64,000 bases of DNA from an uncultured bacterium (GCA_964636385.1 CAZWSC010000096.1:3593-67592); one strand, 5' to 3'. Numbered from the stretch's first letter, positions 10,270-20,315 are shown. Numbers and translations: made by a program. The notes: generated by a model not told the origin, from the letters alone.

Positions 10270-11028
10270 CTACCAGAACCACCACGAACTGGTTGCCATC
10301 ACGTGGATTCCGAGTGCCAGGTTGGCGACCATGTGGCTGATCCAGCAGGCGGCCAGGCTTCGGGTTCGCATCAGCAGGAGCGTCCACGCGATTCCCGTGA
10401 GGAGCGCCGGAAGCCACTCCGGGTGTGCAAGCGTGAACAGCGGAATGGTCACGACAGCCCCCTTCAGGGTGACAGTCCCGACCGGGAGCTTCGTGAAGTC
10501 CGCGGCGGAGATCCAGCGCATCAGGAAGGATCGCCAGAAGATCTCCTCTATCAGGGGCACAACCAGGACCAGGCCGTAGAATCGTGCCACGAGGAAGATG
10601 ATCCGCCAGCCTCCATCCAGCCCGGCCGGATCGAACCCCGAGCGCCCGCCCAGGAGCGGGATGTCCGGATACCGGCCGTGGAGTCCGACCCATGCGGCAT
10701 AGACCATGAGCCCCAGGAGGATTGCGGCAGCCCATGCGCCGGCGCCCGTTCCCGACGTGCTTCCCCGCTTTCCCCGGATGCGGAGCCCCAGATCCCTCCA
10801 TGTCGACCTGCAGAGCCACGCCGTGACCGTCACCAGAAGGATCTTCGACACGTAGGCGGCCATGAAGGCCCGGGGAGCGGGACCACCACCCTCTCCTGCA
10901 GGAAGCAGGCTCTCGAGGGATGTCAGCACCAGGAAGACCAGCATGGGGGCGATGTAGGGAAGCCAGGGACGGCGCGGGTTCGGATCGGTCATCGAATCCT
11001 CCATTCTCACTATAGCCGGCAGGGTCAC
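10270..11028 (-). CDS. CPBP-family intramembrane metalloprotease (CAAX protease-like)
   Basis: 252 aa, multi-pass membrane protein. EExxxR motif (IEEIFWRSFL) plus downstream conserved His residues (TLAHPEW...ISHMVANL) typical of the Abi/CPBP family. Confidence 0.7.
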   Translation of the reverse strand: MTLPAIVRMEDSMTDPNPRRPWLPYIAPMLVFLVLTSLESLLPAGEGGGPAPRAFMAAYVSKILLVTVTAWLCRSTWRDLGLRIRGKRGSTSGTGAGAWAAAILLGLMVYAAWVGLHGRYPDIPLLGGRSGFDPAGLDGGWRIIFLVARFYGLVLVVPLIEEIFWRSFLMRWISAADFTKLPVGTVTLKGAVVTIPLFTLAHPEWLPALLTGIAWTLLLMRTRSLAACWISHMVANLALGIHVMATSSWWFW

Positions 11029-11150
11029 TGCAGCCAGACAGCGCCGAATGTTACCCCGGCTGGGACAGGGCGTCCATGCCGTAGCGCTGGAGATTGCTGC
11101 GCAGGGTCGATACCATGTCCCCGCGCAACCGGCGCGGAAGGGAGAGTCTG

Positions 11151-12641
11151 ATGGGCACCCACTACGACAGGATGATCATGATCTGCCGCGAGGCCTACGC
11201 GATCAGCAAGTCGTCCTCGGTCCTGTCCTGGGACCAGGAGACCCACATGCCGCCAAAGGGGGCCGACGCGCGCGGCCGGCAGATGGCCGTGCTTTCGGGA
11301 CTGACGCACGACAGATTCACATGCCGGGAGATGGCCGAGGCGATCAGCGGGGCGGAGGGTGAATCCCTTGGTCCCGACGAGGCGGTCAACCTCCGCGAGA
11401 TTAAACGCGACTACGAGCGGGCGGTCCGTGTCCCGGTGGAGTTGGTGAAGGAGATGAGCCGGACCTCCTCCCGCGCGAAGGAGGCATGGCGCGAGGCCAG
11501 GAAAAACAACGAGTTCCCCGTCTTCGCCCCCCTGCTGGAGAAGATGATCGACCTGAAGAAGCGATATGCCGAGGCGGTCGGGTACGAGGGTGAACCCTAC
11601 AACGCCCTGATCGAGGACTACGAGCCGGGCATGACGGTGGCCAGGTTGTCGGAGATTTTCGGCTCACTGCGGCCGCGTCTGATCGCCGTCGTGGAGAAGG
11701 TACGCAACGGAACCCCGCCGCGCTCGGACTTCCTTCACCGCCGCTATCCGCAGGAGAAGCAGATCGAGCTTTCCCGCAGGGTGCTCGAGATGATGCAGTT
11801 CGACTTCCAGGCGGGGCGGATGGACGTGTCGACGCACCCATTCACCACCTCGTTCTCTCCGCACGACGTGCGCCTCACGACGCGGTCCAGCGAAGACTTC
11901 TTCAGCATGTGTCTCTTCGGGACAATGCATGAAGGCGGTCACGCGCTGTACGAACAGGGCCTGCCGGCCGAACATGACGGCACTCCTCTGGGCGATTCGG
12001 TATCCCTGGGGATTCACGAGTCGCAGTCACGTCTCTGGGAGAACCAGGTCGGCCGTGGTCGTCCGTTCTGGCGGCATCTCTATCCGGTCGTGCGCAGGAT
12101 GTTTCCGGATGCCCTCCACGATGTCACGGAGGAGGAGTTCTACAGGGGCGTGAACGAGGCCAAACCGTCGATGATCCGCGTGGAGGCTGACGAACTTTTC
12201 TACAACATGCACATCATGCTGCGCTTCGAGATCGAGCGCGGACTCATCCGCGGCGACATCAGGCCATCCGATGCGCCTCAGGCATGGTGCGAGCGGATGA
12301 AGGAGTACGTCGGCATCGTCCCCGGGACCGACACGGAGGGGGTCCTGCAGGACATCCACTGGTCGATGGGGCTTTTCGGGTACTTCGCCACCTACTCCCT
12401 GGGGAACCTGTACGCCGCCCAGTTCATGGACACCATCAGCCGCGAACTGCCGGACCTGGATGACATGATCGCTGCCGGCGACCTGAAGCCGCTGCGCGAG
12501 TGGCTGCGCGAGAAGATCCATCTGAATGGGAAGCGGATGTGGGCTGAGGATCTCGTGCAGGAAGTGACGGGTGAACCGCTGAACGCAGACTACCTCATCC
12601 GTTACCTCGAGACGAAGTTCGGGGAGATCTACGGATTCTGA
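11151..12641 (+). CDS. M32 family carboxypeptidase (Taq-like metallocarboxypeptidase)
   Basis: HExxH zinc site in GTMHEGGHALYEQG. Additional M32 signatures DVRLTTR, GIHESQSRLWEN and ADELFYNMHIMLRFEIE. Start moved to in-frame ATG 11151 (MGTHYDRM...) because the upstream extension is Arg-rich and non-protein-like. Confidence 0.85.
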   Translation: MGTHYDRMIMICREAYAISKSSSVLSWDQETHMPPKGADARGRQMAVLSGLTHDRFTCREMAEAISGAEGESLGPDEAVNLREIKRDYERAVRVPVELVKEMSRTSSRAKEAWREARKNNEFPVFAPLLEKMIDLKKRYAEAVGYEGEPYNALIEDYEPGMTVARLSEIFGSLRPRLIAVVEKVRNGTPPRSDFLHRRYPQEKQIELSRRVLEMMQFDFQAGRMDVSTHPFTTSFSPHDVRLTTRSSEDFFSMCLFGTMHEGGHALYEQGLPAEHDGTPLGDSVSLGIHESQSRLWENQVGRGRPFWRHLYPVVRRMFPDALHDVTEEEFYRGVNEAKPSMIRVEADELFYNMHIMLRFEIERGLIRGDIRPSDAPQAWCERMKEYVGIVPGTDTEGVLQDIHWSMGLFGYFATYSLGNLYAAQFMDTISRELPDLDDMIAAGDLKPLREWLREKIHLNGKRMWAEDLVQEVTGEPLNADYLIRYLETKFGEIYGF

Positions 12642-12727
12642 GCGGGTCGAGTACGAGTAAGGAGAGAGGGTGGGGGGTGAACACGCAGACCGGCATCCGG
12701 ACCGGCGGGATGTCGTGACGGAGGGAG

Positions 12728-15355
12728 ATGTCGATGCCATTCGCTTATGCAGTCGCACAGGGCCGTCCGCGCTTCGTTCCTGCTCTCCTCTTCGCCGTGC
12801 TCCTTCCCGCGTTGCTTCTCACAGCTGCCGGCGATGGCGGTGCATCGGGGGATTTGCGCCCCAGGGGCTGGCTCGGCATCTACTCCGGCGATGTGGGGAA
12901 CCTCCCCGAGATCGAGCCTGGTGCAGGCGGATGCGAGGCCCTTCAGGGTGCCCTGTCCGGGCTTCGGGTTACCGCCGTGTCTCCGGACTCTCCGGCATCC
13001 CGGGGCGGCCTCCTCACCGGGGACATCCTGATCGCGGCACAGGGGATTCCGTTCGCATTCCCGGCGGACAGTGCGCGGAAGCTCTTCCTGGCGGAGGTGG
13101 GCCGGCTCTTCGATGGCGATCCGTTCTCCGTCCGGGTGATCCGCCTCGCGGTCGACAGGGAGCTGGCGCTTGACGGCCTGTTTGTCGACCAGGACAAGGC
13201 TGCAGGCTTCTGGCGCACACCCGGCGAGTGGCTGGAGTTGCTGGAATCAGGCCAGTCGCTGACAGCACGGGCGGAGAAGCGGCAGCAGGTCCTCGATCTG
13301 GAGATCACCCTCGGCGCCCGTCCCGAAGCCCGGTGGCCTGCTCCTCCAGGCAATGACGAGATCTACCCGCCGGACCGCTTCAAGCCGAGCGAGTGGAAGC
13401 CCCTCGTGCTGCGGATGGCCGGGGAGGCCGCAGCTGGGGAGCAGACACAAGACCTTCTCGAGCGGCTGGCCCGCTGCCACGTCACTGCGGATCCGTACCG
13501 CCTGGACTGCATGACCTACGTCCACCGCGATCCATTCCGCCTGGAATCTGTCTCGCGCGAGATCCTTGATGGAGTCCACCGCGCATCATCCGCTGCGGAT
13601 TACCTGGAGTGGAGCAGGCAGTGGCTGGAATCCGCCTCAGGCCGCGAGGCGTTTGACTCGTTTTCGCGATCTGAAGCTGAGGTTCCACCGTTACCCGGCC
13701 ATGACAGCGGCGTTCCTCAGCCGAAGCGGGAACCCGCCGAGCACGGCATCTTCCCTGATGGCGTCGACGCTGCCGGCAATGTGGTGCCTCACATGGTGAG
13801 GCCGATCATCCATTGGATCGAGCATGTCCTGGAGGGCGCCCGAACATGGCACGCGCGCGCCTTCCGTCATCTCAGCGAAGAGGAGATGACGTTTCTCGAG
13901 GAATCGATCTGGGATCTGGGGGATGTCTTCGCCGAGACGATCTACATCCACTTCGACGATGACTCGGAACGCTTCGCCCGCAACAGGCGCATCCTGGACC
14001 TCGCCGCCAGGGTTGACTACGCGGCGCTGTTCGAAGCCGCGTCATGGGCCGCGCGCCTCGCGGATCCAGCGTGGATACGCGAGACGGCCGTCCTGCTGAG
14101 GACGGCATACGAAGACCGGATGGAAGATGCGATCCTGCTTTCCCGGGAGACTCCGTTCGGGAAGATCCTGATAGCGGGCGGGGCAGACAACTGGCACCGC
14201 GACGCGGAGGTTGCCTTCCTGATGGATCTTGGCGGCAACGACTTGTACACAGGCAACTCGGGGGGGAGCTTCGGGCGGAGCCTCCCCGTCTCCATTTGCC
14301 TGGATGTTGAGGGGGACGACGCATACGAGTCCACCGTCAACGGGTTCCAGGGCGCGGGGATCCTCGGCATCGGGATGATGGTCGATCTCGAGGGGGATGA
14401 CCAGTACATCGGGCCGCAGTGGTGCCAGGGTACCGGCTATCTCGGCATCGGAGTGCTGCTCGACCTCGAGGGGGACGACGTCTACCGCGGCCGTACCTTC
14501 TGCCAGGGGGTCGGCCTGTTCGGCGCGGGGCTTCTCATCGACGAGTCGGGGAACGACCGCTACGAGGGTGACGCCAAGGTGCAGGCTGTGGGGCTTGCCA
14601 GGGGACTCGGCCTGCTGCTGGACCGCTCCGGGAACGATTCGTACTACGCGAAGGGACTCTATCCCACCGGCTACGGCGACGCGGGGATCTTCGACGCGTG
14701 GTCCCAGGGAAGCGCGATCGGGTTCCGGACCCTGGCGTCGGGCGGCCTTGCGGTACTACTGGACGGAGGAGGATCGGACAGGATGGAGGCCGGCAACTTC
14801 TCCCAGGGGGGCGGCTATTACTACGGCCTCGGGATCCTGAACGCCCGTGGGGACGGCGACGACGTGTACATCGGATCCCGATACAACCAGGGGTTCTCGG
14901 CCCACCAGGCAGTGGGTGCCTTCCTGGAGGATGGGGGGAACGACTTCTACACGACGCGCCAGGGGGTGGCGCAGGGGCTGGCGTGGGACGAGTCGGTCAC
15001 CCTCTTCATCGACTCGGCCGGTGACGACACCTACGAGGGCGGGGGATCCTTCTCACAGGGCGCGTCGGCGCACAACAGCATCACGGCGTTTCTGGACCGT
15101 GGCGGGCGGGATCGCTACGTGTACAGGCCTGGCCAGGCGCGCGCGGGCGGGAACGACTATCACGGCGGGAGCAGCCTCTCCTTCTTCGCGGACGAGGGCG
15201 GGGACGAGGACTCCTACAGCGCCCCGAACTCCGCCAACAACGCCTTGAGACTCTCCCCTGAATACGGGATCTTCCTCGACCTTCCCGGGAGTCTCATGGA
15301 GATGCAGGAGGATCGCCTCCCCGTCAAGCTTCGGAGGATCGGGGAGGAGCGCTGA
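12728..15355 (+). CDS. Secreted PDZ-domain protein with about 12 tandem ~27-aa h4-D-x2-G-[ND]-D-x-Y ... Q-G-x-G repeats (unnamed repeat family)
   Basis: 875 aa. Signal peptide PALLFAVLLPALLLTAAG. PDZ-like segment LRVTAVSPDSPASRGGLLTGDILIAAQG. C-terminal half is built of repeats such as IGMMVDLEGDDQYIGPQWCQGTGYLG / IGVLLDLEGDDVYRGRTFCQGVGLFG / AGLLIDESGNDRYEGDAKVQAVGLARG. No catalytic motif recognised. Confidence 0.6.
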   Translation: MSMPFAYAVAQGRPRFVPALLFAVLLPALLLTAAGDGGASGDLRPRGWLGIYSGDVGNLPEIEPGAGGCEALQGALSGLRVTAVSPDSPASRGGLLTGDILIAAQGIPFAFPADSARKLFLAEVGRLFDGDPFSVRVIRLAVDRELALDGLFVDQDKAAGFWRTPGEWLELLESGQSLTARAEKRQQVLDLEITLGARPEARWPAPPGNDEIYPPDRFKPSEWKPLVLRMAGEAAAGEQTQDLLERLARCHVTADPYRLDCMTYVHRDPFRLESVSREILDGVHRASSAADYLEWSRQWLESASGREAFDSFSRSEAEVPPLPGHDSGVPQPKREPAEHGIFPDGVDAAGNVVPHMVRPIIHWIEHVLEGARTWHARAFRHLSEEEMTFLEESIWDLGDVFAETIYIHFDDDSERFARNRRILDLAARVDYAALFEAASWAARLADPAWIRETAVLLRTAYEDRMEDAILLSRETPFGKILIAGGADNWHRDAEVAFLMDLGGNDLYTGNSGGSFGRSLPVSICLDVEGDDAYESTVNGFQGAGILGIGMMVDLEGDDQYIGPQWCQGTGYLGIGVLLDLEGDDVYRGRTFCQGVGLFGAGLLIDESGNDRYEGDAKVQAVGLARGLGLLLDRSGNDSYYAKGLYPTGYGDAGIFDAWSQGSAIGFRTLASGGLAVLLDGGGSDRMEAGNFSQGGGYYYGLGILNARGDGDDVYIGSRYNQGFSAHQAVGAFLEDGGNDFYTTRQGVAQGLAWDESVTLFIDSAGDDTYEGGGSFSQGASAHNSITAFLDRGGRDRYVYRPGQARAGGNDYHGGSSLSFFADEGGDEDSYSAPNSANNALRLSPEYGIFLDLPGSLMEMQEDRLPVKLRRIGEER

Positions 15356-15437
15356 GGTTGCACGAGGCAACAGCGGTCCGGCGGAGGGCGTGTTGCCGCC
15401 GTTCGGCGGGGTCAGCCGCAGGCGTGGCTGACCAGCT

Positions 15438-16514
15438 TCAGGCCCAGCTCTCCAGCAGCCCGTCGAACAGGCCCGATGCGTCCAGGACTGCCAGCTGGAT
15501 CGCCTCTCCCCGCTCGGGATCAAGCCTTTTCCCGGCCAGGTGGTAGTGTCTGAGACCGGCCCAGTGCTCCTGCATCCACGCAGCAACCTGCTCCTCGCCG
15601 TACCAGTGGGTATGGTAGTCGCCGACTGTGCGTATGTGCCCGGTGCCAACCGCCTTCGCCACCTCATCCGGAATCCGCGTCAGGGTGTGCTGCTCCTTCA
15701 CCAGGTTTCCATCGCAGTCGTAGACATCCACGACCACGGTCTGGTCGGGGTCGCGGACGGACTTGTGACGCTGCGCCTTCTGCCTGTAGCGCATGCCGAC
15801 GAATTCGCCGGGATGAAGCCACCTGGCCTGACCGAAGAGATGGATCAGGCTCTCGTAGAGAGGCAGGGCGTGGGTGGCCACGGCGCCGCGCCTGAAAGCA
15901 CTGATCACGGCCATTCCCTTCGACGGCTCCACCATCCTGCGCACCGAGCGGAACAGAGCGGCTGCTCCATTGGGGGAGGGAAACAGGCCAATGGAGTTGC
16001 ACATGCTCACGACCAGGGGCATGGTTTCCGGGAACTGCAACTGCAGGCTCTGGATGCTTCCGGTGCGCATGAGCAGGCGACTTCGCAGCATGTTCGAGAG
16101 CCCGGCCTCCACAAGCCGGCCCTCAACCCGGCTCAGCTGATGTGCGGAGAAGTCGACCCCGGAAACGCGCGCAAGCCTTGCGGCCAGATCCGGGTCGAAG
16201 GCGAGGGAGGGATCCTTGCTCCTGATCCGCTCCAGGCGGATTGAGTCGGACAGGGATGCCGACCTGGGATCGGCGGTCTTGATCCCGTAGCGGTAGTGCA
16301 GCCGGCCTATTCCGCATCCGATGTCGACCAGTTCGATCCTGCCGCTGGACTGACTTGCGACATGATGCAGAAGGCGGTCCATGAATTCATGTTCGAAGGC
16401 GAGCATTGAAGCGATGGCGGGATGCTCGGCCGCCATGTCATCCTCGACGGCTATGCCCGGTGCCTCCCATGGCGGTGGATCGGGATCCCGCAGGGAAAAG
16501 GCTTCAGGTTCCAT
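15438..16514 (-). CDS. Class I SAM-dependent methyltransferase
   Basis: 358 aa. Motif I LVDIGCGIGRL followed by typical Rossmann-fold spacing. Substrate unknown. Confidence 0.55.
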   Translation of the reverse strand: MEPEAFSLRDPDPPPWEAPGIAVEDDMAAEHPAIASMLAFEHEFMDRLLHHVASQSSGRIELVDIGCGIGRLHYRYGIKTADPRSASLSDSIRLERIRSKDPSLAFDPDLAARLARVSGVDFSAHQLSRVEGRLVEAGLSNMLRSRLLMRTGSIQSLQLQFPETMPLVVSMCNSIGLFPSPNGAAALFRSVRRMVEPSKGMAVISAFRRGAVATHALPLYESLIHLFGQARWLHPGEFVGMRYRQKAQRHKSVRDPDQTVVVDVYDCDGNLVKEQHTLTRIPDEVAKAVGTGHIRTVGDYHTHWYGEEQVAAWMQEHWAGLRHYHLAGKRLDPERGEAIQLAVLDASGLFDGLLESWA

Positions 16515-16881
16515 GGGCGCCTCGCTTCCGGCATCGCCGGCGTTGCGGGTGGCCTGCGGTGTTCGCGAATCCCGTGAACAAAGCGGGCCGGATCCTCCTT
16601 GACCGCGTTATCCAGTGTGTTGGCGCGCGCAGGGCGGGATTCCATCAGTCGATTCCTGTCGTATACTCCCTGTCGCGACAGCCCTGGCGCACGGACCCAA
16701 CAACTCCGCCAGTGTAGTACTCTCACTGCGGCATTGTCAGCCTCAAAGCGACATGACTCCTGGATGCAGACCGGCGCAGAGTCACGCGAAAGCAGGTCAT
16801 CTGACCACCGGCCCGCTCTCGCCCTCCCTTCTTGTCCGACAGCTTCTTCGGCCTTATCCTGCTCACTCACAGGAGAGGCTC

Positions 16882-17202
16882 ATGACGAGGAACGACTCAG
16901 GCTGCCAGGCGGCGTTCAGCCGCGTTCACGCCCTGGTCCTGCAAATCCCATCGGGGAGGGTCAGCACGTACGGGCGTATTGGTCGGATGGCGGGATGCAG
17001 CGCACGCGTTTCGGGATTCGCGATGGCCTCCGTTTCCGAATCTACGGGTGTGCCATGGCACCGTGTCGTGAACAGCGAGGGGAGGATCACCATCCCGGGT
17101 CCTGAGGCGCAGGCCCTGCAGCGCAGGCTTCTGGAGTGCGAAGGCATCCGATTTGACGAGAGCGGCAGGGTGGATCTGGCGAGACACGTGTGGCCGGATT
17201 GA
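16882..17202 (+). CDS. Alkyltransferase-like (ATL) protein, MGMT-family DNA-binding domain with Trp replacing the active-site Cys
   Basis: 106 aa from in-frame ATG 16882. MGMT DNA-binding fold motifs VSTYGRIG and PWHRVVNSEGRI. PWHRV instead of PCHRV is the hallmark of non-catalytic ATL proteins (Atl1/YbaZ type). Confidence 0.65.
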   Translation: MTRNDSGCQAAFSRVHALVLQIPSGRVSTYGRIGRMAGCSARVSGFAMASVSESTGVPWHRVVNSEGRITIPGPEAQALQRRLLECEGIRFDESGRVDLARHVWPD

Positions 17203-17250
17203 CATGCCTCGGCAGCGAATGACTGTCGGGAGACGTGTGTCAGGATCCCG

Positions 17251-18714
17251 GTGCGCGACAACGGAGTCGAACTGAACGCTCATAAGCCGACATCTTCGGA
17301 TCAGGCAGGGGCAGCCCCGATCCTCTGGATAGTTGCAGCCGGAACACTCCTCAGTGCGCTGTCGAGCTCGGCCGTGAATCTGGCGTTGCCTGACATCGGC
17401 CGGGAGTTCGGGGCTTCGCTGGAGAACACCCGCTGGATCGTCCAGGGCTACCTGCTCGCCGTGGGGATTCTGCTGCTCGCTGCCGGCAGGTTGAGCGACA
17501 TGCTCGGTCACGGCAGGGTCTACCTGGGAGGATTCCTGCTTCTCGGGCTCGCATCGCTGGCATGCGGACTGAGTGATGGTCTGACACAGCTCGTTGCACT
17601 CCGGATTGCACAGGGCATATCGGGGGCGCTGATCATGTCCGCCGGGCCCGCACTTGTCACCAGCGCAATCCGGCCCGGTGCGCGGGGCCGCTCTCTCGGC
17701 CTTCTTTCGACGGCGACCTACGTCGGTCTTACGATCGGTCCCACACTCGGCGGCAGCATGGTATCCACCCTGGGATGGCGCTGGATCTTCCTGCTGAATG
17801 CTCCGGTCTGCCTGGGTATCTCGCTCTTCGGGTGCCGTCATCTGATGCGCCTTGCAGGCGGAAGGCGGGCACCGTTCGACCTGCCAGGTTTTGTGCTCCT
17901 TATGGCCGGCCTTCCCGCCCTTCTCCTCGGACTGAGCAAGGCGGCGTCATGGGGTCTGCTTTCCGGGCGCACTCTGGGCCTCGTGCTCGGCGGGGGTATG
18001 GTCCTCGTCCTCTTCGCGAGGTTTCAGCACGGCCGCGACAATCCTCTCCTCGATCTGGATCTCTTCAGATCCCGCCTCTTCACCGGATCCGTGCTGAGTG
18101 CACTGGGCAACTACGTTGCCCTCTTCTGCGTGCTGCTTCTGCTTCCCTTCTACCTCGTGGAGGGACAGGGGAGGAGCCCCGCCCAGGCTGGACTGATTCT
18201 CTCAATGCAGCCCCTTCTCATGGCCGCAATCGCGTCTCCGGCCGGGTGGCTCTCGGACCGCATCGGCACACGGATCCTTACCGTGGCCGGAATGCTGACG
18301 CTCTCCGCTGGTCTGTTCGCGCTCTCCCGACTCGGACCGGATGCCGGGGCAGGCAGCATCATGGTCCGCCTCGGTATGATCGGGCTCGGCACCGGGATCT
18401 TCATCTCTCCCAACTCCAGCGCACTCATGGGATCCGCCCCCCGCGGGAGGCAGGGGACGGCGGGCGCGCTGCTTGCCGAAGCCCGGGTCCTGGGCATGCT
18501 CCTCGGCGTCGTCCTCGGGACGGCAGTCTTCGAATCAGCGGGAGGACGAACCGGCCGTCCATGGCTGCCCGAGGACTTCGGGGCGATGTCCATGGCACTC
18601 AGGACCGCAGCGGCAGTGTCACTGCTCGGCGCACTGGCCGCGGGGCTGAAGGGGGAATCCGAGGAAGCGAAGGGAACGGATTCCCGGCGTCTCAAGGAGG
18701 CCGGCCGCGAATGA
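17251..18714 (+). CDS. MFS transporter, DHA2 (EmrB/QacA-like, 14-TMS) family
   Basis: 487 aa, about 14 hydrophobic helices. MFS motif A-like GRLSDMLGHGRV. Motif C-like region. ATGA overlap with the next gene. Confidence 0.8.
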   Translation: MRDNGVELNAHKPTSSDQAGAAPILWIVAAGTLLSALSSSAVNLALPDIGREFGASLENTRWIVQGYLLAVGILLLAAGRLSDMLGHGRVYLGGFLLLGLASLACGLSDGLTQLVALRIAQGISGALIMSAGPALVTSAIRPGARGRSLGLLSTATYVGLTIGPTLGGSMVSTLGWRWIFLLNAPVCLGISLFGCRHLMRLAGGRRAPFDLPGFVLLMAGLPALLLGLSKAASWGLLSGRTLGLVLGGGMVLVLFARFQHGRDNPLLDLDLFRSRLFTGSVLSALGNYVALFCVLLLLPFYLVEGQGRSPAQAGLILSMQPLLMAAIASPAGWLSDRIGTRILTVAGMLTLSAGLFALSRLGPDAGAGSIMVRLGMIGLGTGIFISPNSSALMGSAPRGRQGTAGALLAEARVLGMLLGVVLGTAVFESAGGRTGRPWLPEDFGAMSMALRTAAAVSLLGALAAGLKGESEEAKGTDSRRLKEAGRE

Positions 18715-19691
18715 TCCTGCACCAGCCAACCGGACGGTGGCGGCTGGGCCTGGTCCTGTCGCTGGTAACGGTGCTCTTCTGGGGCGTGCTGCCGATCGCG
18801 CTCAAGGAACTGCTGCAGGGTCTCGATGCGGCCACGATCACCTGGTTTCGTTTCCTGGCAGCGGCCCTGATACTGGCTGTTCCGGTTCTGCGCTCGGGGG
18901 ATCTCAAGCGAATCTCGGGCTCTGGCCGTTCTTTCATGCTGCTCCTGGCCGCTGCCGTACTCGGCCTGTGCGGGAACTACGTGATCTACCTTCTCGGTCT
19001 GGAGCTCATATCCCCTTCAGCCGCACAGGTGGTTGTCCAACTCGCCCCGGTCTTCTTCTTCATCGGAAGCATTGTGATCTTCAGGGAGAGATTCCGCGGT
19101 GTTCAGTGGGCGGGAGCGGCAATCCTCGTCACGGGCCTGGCTCTCTTCTTCAACAGAAGGCTGGGAGAGCTACTGGCCGGGGGCACAAGCCTGTCAGCCG
19201 GGGTTGTTCTGATAGTCGCGGCCGCCGCCTCCTGGTCCATCTACGCGCTTGCCCAGAAGCAACTGCTGCACACTCTTTCTTCCCGGTCCGTCATGTTCGC
19301 CATCTACGCGGCGTCTGCCATCATGCTGCTGCCGGCGAGCAGGCCGGCTTCCCTGGCGTCGCTTTCGACGCTGCACCTTGGTCTCCTCGGATTCGCGACT
19401 GTGAACACCCTGGTTGCATACGGCTGTTTCGCCGAGGCGCTCAGACACTGGGACGCATCGCGTGTAAGCCTTATCCTCACGATCGTTCCCCTGGTCACGA
19501 TCGGGATCGTCGAACTGGCGCACCCGCTCTGGCCCGCTCTGATGCATCCGGAACGTCCGAATGCGGCCGGGGTTCTGGGCGCCCTGATGGTTGTCGGCGG
19601 GGCAATGCTTGCAACGCTGCAGCGCAGGCGACGCCGGTCGGCCGTGAGAACGAAGGCGGAACCCGGGCTACCCCCTGGAGGGCTTCCATGA
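18711..19691 (+). CDS. EamA/DMT-family transporter
   Basis: In-frame ATG 18711 overlaps the MFS stop (ATGA). 10 predicted TM helices in two EamA-like halves (LFWGVLPIALKELLQGLDAAT... and ...AASWSIYALAQKQLL...). Confidence 0.75.
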   Translation: MILHQPTGRWRLGLVLSLVTVLFWGVLPIALKELLQGLDAATITWFRFLAAALILAVPVLRSGDLKRISGSGRSFMLLLAAAVLGLCGNYVIYLLGLELISPSAAQVVVQLAPVFFFIGSIVIFRERFRGVQWAGAAILVTGLALFFNRRLGELLAGGTSLSAGVVLIVAAAASWSIYALAQKQLLHTLSSRSVMFAIYAASAIMLLPASRPASLASLSTLHLGLLGFATVNTLVAYGCFAEALRHWDASRVSLILTIVPLVTIGIVELAHPLWPALMHPERPNAAGVLGALMVVGGAMLATLQRRRRRSAVRTKAEPGLPPGGLP

Positions 19692-20158
19692 GCCGAAGCA
19701 TCGAAGATGCGGCATCTCTTAACCTTCTGAACTACGTCGTATGCGCGGACGACCTGGCCTCAAGCGGACAGCCTTCGCTTGAACAGATCATCAGCCTTCC
19801 TCGATTCGGCTTCGAGGCGGTGATCAACCTCCTTCCTGTTGATTCCGACCATGCCATCGCGGGGGAGGCCGCCGCAGTCCGGGCCGCAGGGATGGAGTAC
19901 ATCGCCGTCCCGGTTCTCTTCGACTGGCCGTCCTTCGAGGATGTCGTCGACGTCTGCAGCGCTCTGGACAGCCTCGCGGGCCGGAGGGTTCTTGTGCATT
20001 GCGCAGTGAACTGCCGCGGCACCTTCTTCAGTGCATGCCACCTGATGCTGCGAAGGGGCATGGATCCGGACAGTGCCATGGGGATAGTCGGGCGGGTCTG
20101 GTGTCCCCTCGGGATCTGGAAGGAACTCTGGGAAGAGGCGGTCTCAAGCAGGGCCTGA
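19688..20158 (+). CDS. DUF442-like protein (PTP/rhodanese-like Cys-based fold)
   Basis: 156 aa. ATG 19688 overlaps the EamA stop (ATGA). Matches DUF442 pattern: SGQPSLEQIISL..GFEAVINLLP.....AAGMEYIAVPV...VLVHCAVNCRGT. Atypical Cx4R loop. Confidence 0.5.
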   Translation: MSRSIEDAASLNLLNYVVCADDLASSGQPSLEQIISLPRFGFEAVINLLPVDSDHAIAGEAAAVRAAGMEYIAVPVLFDWPSFEDVVDVCSALDSLAGRRVLVHCAVNCRGTFFSACHLMLRRGMDPDSAMGIVGRVWCPLGIWKELWEEAVSSRA

Positions 20159-20315
20159 GCCCACACCGGCCTGGAGCCGTCTTGCCCGGGGGGACCGGGG
20201 ACGCTATATTCATCCCCGCGGGTTGCCGGCGGATGTTCCGTGTGTTCATCCGTCTCGCGGCGGTCGGGCGGAGGTTGGACCTCCAGCCCGGGTCCCGAGG
20301 ATCCGGGAGGTTGGC

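Noticed and set aside
10303-11151. 282-aa plus-strand ORF overlapping the CPBP protease gene
   Set aside because: Highly charged, R/E/G-rich, no motifs. CPBP on the minus strand shows the EExxxR and His motifs.
16897-17841. 314-aa minus-strand ORF across the ATL and MFS genes
   Set aside because: Antisense to two well-supported genes. Composition non-protein-like.
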